45,355 nucleotides of DNA. Source: an uncultured Fibrobacterota bacterium (GTDB lineage: Bacteria; Fibrobacterota; Chitinivibrionia; Chitinivibrionales; CAZJJT01). The stretch lies in assembly GCA_964546395.1 (NCBI GenBank), contig CAZJJT010000001.1, forward strand, positions 1 through 45,355, in the 5' to 3' direction. Each line of letters starts with the position of its first letter. The first letter of the stretch is position 1. Of the stretch, positions 24,775 to 32,759 are shown one piece after another. Position numbers and translations under genes: made by a program. Below the pieces are notes generated by a model that did no database searches, was not told where the DNA came from, and saw nothing but the letters and a program-made list of their open reading frames with translations.

Positions 24775-25788
24775 ATGCCGCTGCTGCACGCGCTTGACCC
24801 GCTCATAGAGCAGAACGTGCTGGTTGCCCTGCTCGTGCTCGCGATCGCGTTCGCGGTGCTTGCCAAGTGCGCCGACCTGTTCGTCGAAAGCGCGGTGGGT
24901 ATCGCTCGACGGTTCAGGGTTCCCAAGCTCGTGGTTGGCATCGTGCTCGTCTCTCTGGCCACTACCGCACCGGAGCTTTCGGTGTCACTCATTGCCGCGC
25001 TGCGCGGCTCACCCGAGATGGCACTCGGGAACGCGATCGGGTCGGTGATCTGCGATGACGGTGTAGGGCTCGGGCTCGCCGGGTTGTTTGCCGCGGGGCC
25101 GATCATGGTGATCCCCGCGATCCTGCGCACTTCCGGTGCGTTCCTCGTGGCCGTGCAGGTGGCGCTGTTTGCGTTCGTGGTGCGCGACGGAGTCCTCAAC
25201 CGGTGGCAGGGCGCAGTGCTGGTCGGCATGTTTGCCGGCTACCTGCTGCTGCTGTACCGCCAGTACCGCCGCGGCGTGCTTTCTGAAGAGATGATCATGG
25301 AAGAGGTGGACGCACCGGAGGGGGCCGGGATGGGCGCGCTGGCCGGAATGTTCGCGCTGGGCCTCGCGGGCATCGTGCTTGCCAGCGAGTTCATCGTTAC
25401 CTCCGCCACATCCATTGCGCACTTCATGAATATCCCCGATGCGGTGATCGCCCTCACGCTTGTCGCCCTCGGAACGTCCATACCCGAGTTCGCCACCTGT
25501 GTGGTGGCCGCACGGAAGGGTCACGGCGAAATCGCGGTGGGCAACATTCTCGGTGCCGACATCCTGAATATCTGCTGGGTGGCGGGTGCCTCGGCCATCG
25601 CTAACCCGCTCGCCCTCGGCCGCCGCGAGATCTACTTCATGTATCCCAGCATGTTCGTCATCGTCGGCGCCATGCTGATCATGCTGTGGTCGGGCTATCG
25701 GCTCACCCGCCGCAAGAGCATCGTGCTTCTCGGGCTCTACACGGTATACATCGCCAGCTTCTTCGTTCTCTACGGCCCCGGGCATTGA
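24775..25788 (+). CDS. Sodium/calcium exchanger family (CaCA, YrbG-like) membrane protein
   Basis: 337 aa and roughly 10 TM helices. Both alpha-repeat motifs are present: GIVLVSLATTAPELSVSLIAA and LTLVALGTSIPEFATCVVAA, followed by GNILGADILNI. Confidence 0.85.
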   Translation: MPLLHALDPLIEQNVLVALLVLAIAFAVLAKCADLFVESAVGIARRFRVPKLVVGIVLVSLATTAPELSVSLIAALRGSPEMALGNAIGSVICDDGVGLGLAGLFAAGPIMVIPAILRTSGAFLVAVQVALFAFVVRDGVLNRWQGAVLVGMFAGYLLLLYRQYRRGVLSEEMIMEEVDAPEGAGMGALAGMFALGLAGIVLASEFIVTSATSIAHFMNIPDAVIALTLVALGTSIPEFATCVVAARKGHGEIAVGNILGADILNICWVAGASAIANPLALGRREIYFMYPSMFVIVGAMLIMLWSGYRLTRRKSIVLLGLYTVYIASFFVLYGPGH

Positions 25789-25798
25789 GGAACGCACC

Positions 25799-27205
25799 AT
25801 GAGCGACTTCGCGGCATTCGAACAGAAGATGGGTGCGGCAGGGCTCCCGCACGTGGTCGTGCGCACGTTCCACCGGTACTACGACCTGCTGCTCGCCGGG
25901 GACACCGGGACAATACCCGAGAAGCTGCTCTCGCCGCTGGGCGAGGCCGATATCGTTCGCTACGAGGAACTCGCAGACTGTGAAGCAGCGGGTGCGGCCG
26001 CGCTCGGCCAGACCGCGGTAGTCAAGCTCAACGGCGGCCTGGGGACTTCGATGGGGCTGTCGAAGGCCAAGTCGCTCATCGAAGTGCACAACGGGCTGTC
26101 GTTTCTCGACTGCGCCGTGCTGCAGCTCCGCGCGATGCGCCGCCGGTACAACGTACGGACACCGTTCGTGCTGATGAACAGTTACTCCACCGACGGCGAC
26201 ACGATGGCGTTGCTGCGGCGCTACCCCGATATCAGCGTCGGCCTTCCTCTGCGGTTCATGCAGCACAGGTTCCCGAAAGTCGGACGGGAATCGCTGCAGC
26301 CCGTCAGCTGGCCGCGCAACCCCGCGCTCGAATGGAACCCGCCGGGACACGGAGACCTCTATCCCGCGCTGATTACCTCACGCATGCTCCCGCTGCTGCG
26401 CCGCCAGGGCATCCGCTACCTGTTCGTGTCAAACTCCGACAACCTCGGAGCACTCCTCGACACTCGCATCCTCGGCCACTTCACAAGCAGCGGCCAGGCG
26501 TTTCTCATGGAAGTGGCGGAGCGGACCCCGATGGACAGCAAGGGCGGACACATCGCGCGCGGCGCCAACGGACGCCTGCTGTTGCGCGAGTCGGCCCAGT
26601 GCCCCGCAGAGGACCTTGACGCGTTCCAGGACATCACCCGGCACCGCTTCTTCAATACCAACAACCTGTGGATCGACCTCGACAGGCTCGAGCGAACGCT
26701 TCGGGAGCACGATGAGGTCCTGCCGCTCCCGCTCATCGTCAACCCCAAGCCGCTCGACCCCGCCTCCCGCACTTCGCCCGAAGTCTTTCAGCTCGAAAGC
26801 GCCATGGGGGCGGCCATCGGGGTCTTCAACAACGCGGGAGCCGTGCTCGTGCCGCGCAGCCGGTTCCTGCCTGTCAAGAAGTGCTCCGACCTGCTCGCGG
26901 TCCGCTCCGACCGCTACGTCCTCGAACGTGACTACCGCCTTCGTCTCCATGAACAGAGCACACCCGGCATCACCGTCTCGCTCGACAAGGCCTGCTACAC
27001 CCGCCTGGCCGACTTCTCCGCCCGCTTCCCCCACGGCGTGCCTTCGCTGCGCGGGTGCACCGCATTCAGCGTGAGCGGCGACGTGGTGTTCGAAAGAGGG
27101 GTAATTGCCGAGGGGGACGTGAACGTGGTCAACCGGGGAAAGAAGCAGGCGCTGGTGAAAGAAGGGACAACGCTGAGCGGAGAGGTGGAGGTGGAAAGGC
27201 AGTAG
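25799..27205 (+). CDS. UTP--glucose-1-phosphate uridylyltransferase, eukaryotic-type (UDPGP family)
   Basis: Motifs are VVKLNGGLGTSMGLSKAKSLIEV, FVLMNSYSTDGDT, WNPPGHGDLY and FVSNSDNLGA. These are hallmarks of the UGP2/UAP-type pyrophosphorylase fold, not of GalU. Confidence 0.85.
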   Translation: MSDFAAFEQKMGAAGLPHVVVRTFHRYYDLLLAGDTGTIPEKLLSPLGEADIVRYEELADCEAAGAAALGQTAVVKLNGGLGTSMGLSKAKSLIEVHNGLSFLDCAVLQLRAMRRRYNVRTPFVLMNSYSTDGDTMALLRRYPDISVGLPLRFMQHRFPKVGRESLQPVSWPRNPALEWNPPGHGDLYPALITSRMLPLLRRQGIRYLFVSNSDNLGALLDTRILGHFTSSGQAFLMEVAERTPMDSKGGHIARGANGRLLLRESAQCPAEDLDAFQDITRHRFFNTNNLWIDLDRLERTLREHDEVLPLPLIVNPKPLDPASRTSPEVFQLESAMGAAIGVFNNAGAVLVPRSRFLPVKKCSDLLAVRSDRYVLERDYRLRLHEQSTPGITVSLDKACYTRLADFSARFPHGVPSLRGCTAFSVSGDVVFERGVIAEGDVNVVNRGKKQALVKEGTTLSGEVEVERQ

Positions 27206-27243
27206 GCGGCGTTCAGCATGCGGCGTATGGGGCAGCTGGCTCC

Positions 27244-28329
27244 CTACATCCCACGTGCTGTCTGCCTTCTGGCACACTCCCCCACGTCTTTCACCACCCC
27301 CACCAGTTCCACCAACTGCTCCCTCGTCACGCTCTGCTCACCGTCACACCTGGCATTCGAGGGATCGCAGTGGGTCTCGATCAGCAGGCCGTCCGCTCCT
27401 GCCGCCACGGCTGCCAGCGCCACACCGCGGACACTCTCACGGTAGCCTGTGGCATGCGAGGGGTCGAAGAAGACTGGCAGGTTGCACTCGCGCTTCAGTA
27501 CTGCCACCGCGCCGATGTCGGGGGTATAGCGCTGGAATTCCGCGTCCTCGAAGGTCCGGATCCCCCGCAGGCACAGCATGACGTTCGGGTTGCCGTTGGC
27601 CACCACGTACTCGGCCGCAAGAAGGAGATCCCTGAGGGTCGAAGACTCGCCACGCTTGAGCAGAATCGGCGTCTTGCGGTCCTGGGTAAGCCGTCCCAGC
27701 TCCTGCAGGAACCCGTACGACTTCATGTTGCGCGCACCTACCTGGATGATATCGGCATACTCAATCACATTCTCCAGCACACTGCGCTTCTCCAGCGCCC
27801 CGTCCTCTCGCACGTGGCGGTGCAGCCCGGTAGCTTCCGTGACGATCTTCAGGCCGAACCGCTCCCGTGCCTCGGCCAGCAGCTGCAGACCCTCCAAGCC
27901 CATGCCCTGGAAGCTGTACGGCGAGGTGCGCGGCTTGTACGCGCCGCCACGGAGCACGCGAATCCCGGCCGCGGCAACATACTCGGCAGTGGCCATGAGC
28001 TGTTCGCGGCTCTCCACCGAACACGGGCCCGCGAACACCGCCACGTCGCCCCCCCCTGCCACGCTCTCGCCAACCGCCACCGTCTTCTGGTCGAGGGGAG
28101 TCTTGCGCGACACCCGTTTGTACGGTTTGGTGACCCGCGTGACCTTCGCCACCCCGTCGAGCTCCTCAAACCAGCTCTCCTCGGCACTGCTCGTATCACC
28201 AAGGACCCCGATGACATTGATGCCTGTGGCTCCGTGAATCGTTTCGTATCCGAACCCGGCCGCGGTAATGCGATCGATAACCCGCTGCTCAAGCTCAGGC
28301 GTGGCGCTGGAAAGCATGTGGATAATCAT
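27244..28329 (-). CDS. aroF: 3-deoxy-7-phosphoheptulonate (DAHP) synthase, type I-beta, with an N-terminal ferredoxin-like regulatory domain
   Basis: It aligns by eye with Thermotoga-type DAHPS: MIIHMLSSATPE..., FAGPCSVESREQ, LRGGAYKPRTSPYSFQG, ADIIQVGARN, ILLKRG, LCLRGIRTFE, FDPSH. The ATG overlaps the upstream gene's stop (ATGA). Confidence 0.9.
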   Translation of the reverse strand: MIIHMLSSATPELEQRVIDRITAAGFGYETIHGATGINVIGVLGDTSSAEESWFEELDGVAKVTRVTKPYKRVSRKTPLDQKTVAVGESVAGGGDVAVFAGPCSVESREQLMATAEYVAAAGIRVLRGGAYKPRTSPYSFQGMGLEGLQLLAEARERFGLKIVTEATGLHRHVREDGALEKRSVLENVIEYADIIQVGARNMKSYGFLQELGRLTQDRKTPILLKRGESSTLRDLLLAAEYVVANGNPNVMLCLRGIRTFEDAEFQRYTPDIGAVAVLKRECNLPVFFDPSHATGYRESVRGVALAAVAAGADGLLIETHCDPSNARCDGEQSVTREQLVELVGVVKDVGECARRQTARGM

Positions 28330-31300
28330 GGCTGCCGGACTCCAAGGGTTGGCACATCAGAACAACTGAACGTTCCCGCCATCTTCGCGTGCAGCCGCCG
28401 CGCCTGCAGCACGAACGCTTCGAGATTCGCAGCGACGCTCTGCGGAAACGGATTGCCGTCGGTCTCGATCGACAGGAACGGGAACTCCGTCGACTCCTCG
28501 AGCTCAGCCGCGCAGCGGGTCCACGCCGGCATGCGCGCCTTCCCGGCAGCATCCATCTCCCCCCGCAGAATCGCCTCCGCCATCCGCGAGGGCATGCATC
28601 CGAACGGACCAATCGAGATTACGCCGCAGGCGTGCTCTGCTATCTCGCGCATCGCGCTGCCCACGGTCAGCAGCGTTTCACCACGGAACTGCTCGCTTAC
28701 CAGGTGGCGCACGCCTGCTATCGTACGCTCCACCTCGGTCATCTCGAAGCGGTACAGGCCGCTGCGGGCAAGGATGCTCTTAATTCGCTTCTCCCACCAG
28801 TCCTGCACGCCCGCCCTCAGGCGGTGGCTGAGGCGCTGCAGCAGCGTGAACGTCCCTTCCTGGAGCCCCCGCGTGATGTTGTAGTTGCTGTAGCAGAGGT
28901 ACTCCATGGCCGGAGCAACCCGGACCATGAACCCGTGGCGGTGGAGGTAGTCAATGAGATCACGGCGCGAGAAATCCTCCTTGCGCACGTAGTACTCACC
29001 CACAACAGCGACTGCTGGCACGCGCTCCGGCGCGACGGCCAGCGGAATCCGCGCAAGGCGGGCCGCGCCCAGCGACAGCACCGTGGTCAGTCTCACCGAC
29101 ACGCGCCCCTCAAAGTGCCGCAGCAACTCCCCCCACACCGCATCGAGTTCGGCCAGCGCCGAAACACGGTCCTTCGCCGCCACTGTCAACATGCTGCGGA
29201 TATCCTCGAACACATCCGCAATCACTATCGCCTGCCACGCCCGGAGCAGCGCCCGGACTCCCAGGCCCGCGTAGCCGTTCTCGTCCGTGACCGTCAGCAC
29301 CGCTACGTTGCGGTCACGTCGGCGAGCGATGGTCCTCCCGAGCGCTTCACGGTACTGCCCCAGACGGCACGGACCACCTCCGGTCGGGATGAACAGCAGG
29401 CTGACTCGATCTGCCTCACGCGAACCGTCGAGGTACTGCAGGAACGAACCCGAAGTAACGAGATACGGAAGGCACTCCTTGCAGGTGGCCTGGCGACGGG
29501 CGGCAAGCAGCGTGTCGCGGCTGGCTGGCGGCAGCACGCGGGCATGCATGCCCACGCTGCGCATGATGGCGGCTACCGAGGGAGCTGAGAACCTGCCCAT
29601 GGGAGGGATCAGGATCTCGACGTCCCGTGAGCTCAGCGGCAACTCCCGCCCGTCCGAGTCCACCACCTCGAGCCGCCGTCCCGACACCACGCGCGCGGGC
29701 CTGAACACCGCGGCAGGGGCCGGCTCTGCGGGCCGCCAGCCGCGCATGATCTCCAGCGCTGCCTCGATACGTGTATCGATCCCCGCGTTGGCCGTGTGCT
29801 GGTCGAGTTCGAGGGTGAGCGAGGGCTTGCGCCCCATGGTGTCGCGGAAATAGCTCAGCACGAATGAATCGGGGCCACACGAGAAGTTGGTTACGTAGAA
29901 CCCGAACAACCGGTCGTCGCCCGCAACCGCCTGCGCTGCCTTGAGGATCTTCTGGCCCGAGGCCCAGAACATGCTCTGCGCAACTTCGTACCTGTCTGCG
30001 TCCAGCATGTCCATGGTCAGCACCACGTGGCCCCGCGAGGCCACCTTGTGGCTGATCCCCATGTTGACTTCGGGCGCCATCGCGTTGTACGGCCGGCCGA
30101 ACAGCACCACACCCAGGCTGTCCGGGTTGCGGGTGAGGTACTCGAGCGCTTCGCGACCCAGCCCCAGCAGGTCACGCTCGAACGCACGCTGCCGACAGCA
30201 GGCCTGCCGCCACGCCTCGCGCGAGCGGTCGGCCGCCACACCCATCCGCAGCGCCGTGTCGACCATCGCTGCCTCGGCCTGCTCGTACGATTGGTCCATC
30301 ACCAGCACCGGTGACAGCAGCGCCGTCGCCGACCCCGCGAACTCGTCACGCAGCGCCGCCTTCAGGTAGTACGGCTCCCCCTGCACAAACACGCATAGAC
30401 GGCTGAATGTCGGCACGTTGGGCACCGGGATCTGCATGACCTGCGGCAGGAACACGTAGTCGGGCTTGTCGCGCAGAAGCGCCACCATCGAAGCGTGTGC
30501 GACGAGGGCGGGAAGACAGAAGGAAGCCGATGCGCGAGAGAGGTCGCGCTGCTCGGGCTCGGCGCCCAGGACCACCCGGAAGCCCATGCGCGCGAAGAAC
30601 GTGCCGAACAGCGGGTACAGCGAGTGGTTCATGAACGAACGGTTGAGCGCCACGCTACGCCCGTTGTCGTGCTGCGGCTCGTGTACGGGCGCGTACGTGT
30701 CGAACAGCAGGGCCTGACGCCGCGCGGCAAAGTCGAGCCTGGCAGCGTCCACCGTGCGGTGCACACGAAGGTTGTAGTAGCGGTCGCACGAGCCGCCAAA
30801 CGGATACACCTTCCCGTCTACCCGGAACCGCGCGATCTCGCACTTGCGGTCGCACTTCTCGGCCCCGCCGGCGCACACGAACGGCTCCTCGCGACTCACG
30901 TCCCGCCGCGCCAGCTCCGCCAAGTCAAACACTCCCCGCGCGGCCTCCCCGTTGCCAAGCTTCCGCCGCGCTTCCAGCGCCGCGCCGAACGCCCCCATCA
31001 ACCCCGGCTCGGGTGGCACCACGATCGAAGCGTCCATGCATGCCGCCATGGCAACCGGCACTGCGCGATTGTAGCACACCCCGCCCTGCATGAACACCTT
31101 CCGGCCCACCGGCCGCGACCCCTTCACCCGGTTGAGGTAGTTCAGACAGATGGAGTACACCAACCCGGCAAGGATATCGTTGCGCCCCACACCTTCCTGA
31201 CCTGCCAGCTTGATATCGCTCGAAATGAACGCGGCGCACTCGTCGCGGAAGTCCGGTGGGGCAGTGCTCTGGAGCGCCAGTTCGGCAATCTGCTCGACCG

Positions 31301-32639
31301 GGACCCCGAGCGTCTCCGCCGCGGCCTCTTCCAGGAATGAGCCGGTCCCCGCGCTGCACGCTTCGTTCATGGCATAGTCGGACGGGACCCCGCCGCTCAG
31401 CCACGTGTACTTGGCGTCCTGGCCCCCAATCTCGAATATCGTGTCGACCTCGGGATCGTAGTACGCCGCGGCAGTCGCGTGCGCGACTATCTCGTTGACA
31501 ATCGTATCGCTCAACGCGTGCAGACCGGCAATCTGTCGACCCGAACCGGTAATCCCGACGGCGTCTATCCGCACCGCGGTCCCCGCAAGCACGTCCAGAA
31601 GCGCCCGGTAGCAGGCACGCGAGGCCGCAACGGGGTCACCGTTGGTGCGCAGGTACGTGTCGGCAAGCACCGCCTCGTCCGCGCGCCGCATCAGCACCGC
31701 TTTGGTGGTGGTCGAGCCCACGTCAAGCCCCACCACGCACTCGTCGCCGGACCGCGCGCGGGCCCGCCGACCTTCAGAGAAACTCACCCGACGGAGCGCT
31801 CCCGACAGCGGGGCGTGCACCGCAAACGAGTGAGCCGCGGGCCGGACCAGGCTCTGGGGGTCTTCGGGGACCTCCTCACACTCGTGCGACAGCGCCCAGA
31901 GCGCCGCACCCCAGGCCTCAAACGCCGCCGACAGCTCAACCGTCTCAACCTTCGGGAAGAACCCGGCCAGGAACCTGACCATGGCCCGGTTGTTCGAACC
32001 ACCCCCGACTACCAGCATCCGCTCGCACGGGACCTCTCCGGCCAGGTCGCGGATCTTCTCCGCCATCATCAGGCTCAGCCCGGCCACCACGTCTGCCTTG
32101 GCCGCACCCTTGTTCAGCGCGTGCGTGCAGTCACTCTTGCAGAACACGCTGCAGCGACCCGCAATCCGGTGCGGCGTGCCCTGCTGGGCCAGCGCACAGG
32201 CCTGCTCCACCGACAGGTCCATGCGGCGTATCTGCTGCAGGAAGAATTCGCCGGTGCCCGAGGCGCACTTGTTGCCGCTCTGCACCGATTTCACTGCGCC
32301 GTCCGGCCCCACACGGTACAACAACTGGGTCTCGCCACCCGCGCTGGCCACCAGATCGGGAAACGGACCGGCGCCGTACTGCCCGGCAAGTGCGTGCTCG
32401 ACCGCCTCGGGCTCCGAGATAGTGCTCAACGACAACCGCTCGCAGAACGTGCGACCGGTTACGGCGACGCGGTCGAGTCCGACACGGTCGATCCCCGCGA
32501 GTACCTGCGGAAGCGTCACCGCGGGACTGCCCTCGTGCACGGTCCTGCCCCACGACACCACTGTCGCCAGCGGCCCCTCACCCACCACCTCGACATGCTG
32601 CACCGAAGAGGCCCCGACACAGATACCCAGCGTCCGCAT
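28326..32639 (-). CDS. Giant fusion protein: two BadF/BcrA/HgdC-type activase ATPase modules plus a DUF2229/2-hydroxyacyl-CoA-dehydratase-like region (BCR/HAD family; PlsA-like architecture)
   Basis: Trimmed from the 1674-aa track ORF to the ATG at 32639 (MRTLGICVGASSVQ...), with GGAGCAGGA upstream. ATPase 1 motifs are GNKCASGTGEFF and VVGGGSNNRAMV. ATPase 2 motifs are VVGLDVGSTTTKAVLM, NEACSAGTGSFLEE and FMQGGVCYNRAV. The remainder carries CDRKCEIARF...GGSCDRYYN, YVTNFSCGPDSF, GGGPCRLGQY and ISIGPFGCMPSRM. Confidence 0.85.
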   Translation of the reverse strand: MRTLGICVGASSVQHVEVVGEGPLATVVSWGRTVHEGSPAVTLPQVLAGIDRVGLDRVAVTGRTFCERLSLSTISEPEAVEHALAGQYGAGPFPDLVASAGGETQLLYRVGPDGAVKSVQSGNKCASGTGEFFLQQIRRMDLSVEQACALAQQGTPHRIAGRCSVFCKSDCTHALNKGAAKADVVAGLSLMMAEKIRDLAGEVPCERMLVVGGGSNNRAMVRFLAGFFPKVETVELSAAFEAWGAALWALSHECEEVPEDPQSLVRPAAHSFAVHAPLSGALRRVSFSEGRRARARSGDECVVGLDVGSTTTKAVLMRRADEAVLADTYLRTNGDPVAASRACYRALLDVLAGTAVRIDAVGITGSGRQIAGLHALSDTIVNEIVAHATAAAYYDPEVDTIFEIGGQDAKYTWLSGGVPSDYAMNEACSAGTGSFLEEAAAETLGVPVEQIAELALQSTAPPDFRDECAAFISSDIKLAGQEGVGRNDILAGLVYSICLNYLNRVKGSRPVGRKVFMQGGVCYNRAVPVAMAACMDASIVVPPEPGLMGAFGAALEARRKLGNGEAARGVFDLAELARRDVSREEPFVCAGGAEKCDRKCEIARFRVDGKVYPFGGSCDRYYNLRVHRTVDAARLDFAARRQALLFDTYAPVHEPQHDNGRSVALNRSFMNHSLYPLFGTFFARMGFRVVLGAEPEQRDLSRASASFCLPALVAHASMVALLRDKPDYVFLPQVMQIPVPNVPTFSRLCVFVQGEPYYLKAALRDEFAGSATALLSPVLVMDQSYEQAEAAMVDTALRMGVAADRSREAWRQACCRQRAFERDLLGLGREALEYLTRNPDSLGVVLFGRPYNAMAPEVNMGISHKVASRGHVVLTMDMLDADRYEVAQSMFWASGQKILKAAQAVAGDDRLFGFYVTNFSCGPDSFVLSYFRDTMGRKPSLTLELDQHTANAGIDTRIEAALEIMRGWRPAEPAPAAVFRPARVVSGRRLEVVDSDGRELPLSSRDVEILIPPMGRFSAPSVAAIMRSVGMHARVLPPASRDTLLAARRQATCKECLPYLVTSGSFLQYLDGSREADRVSLLFIPTGGGPCRLGQYREALGRTIARRRDRNVAVLTVTDENGYAGLGVRALLRAWQAIVIADVFEDIRSMLTVAAKDRVSALAELDAVWGELLRHFEGRVSVRLTTVLSLGAARLARIPLAVAPERVPAVAVVGEYYVRKEDFSRRDLIDYLHRHGFMVRVAPAMEYLCYSNYNITRGLQEGTFTLLQRLSHRLRAGVQDWWEKRIKSILARSGLYRFEMTEVERTIAGVRHLVSEQFRGETLLTVGSAMREIAEHACGVISIGPFGCMPSRMAEAILRGEMDAAGKARMPAWTRCAAELEESTEFPFLSIETDGNPFPQSVAANLEAFVLQARRLHAKMAGTFSCSDVPTLGVRQP

Positions 32640-32759
32640 TCCTGCTCCGCCTTTTGGGGCAATCCCGCAGAGGGGGTGTATATTCGATTGCCGTGCGATA
32701 CGGCCAAACCAGCCAAAATAGCCCTTGAAGGAAGTCCAGTTCAACCGGGACCACTGCAC

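Noticed and set aside
24524-24808. 94-aa ORF taken as an intact small gene
   Set aside because: Only its first ~48 aa look like a membrane protein (a CaCA N-terminus). The rest is Ser/Cys/Thr-rich read-through that overlaps the start of the intact exchanger. It is better explained as a deletion relic (see findings).
31479-32759. N-terminal 427 aa of the 1024-aa track ORF
   Set aside because: It is antisense to the first activase module. Protein-like sequence with balanced composition begins only at the Met at 32760.
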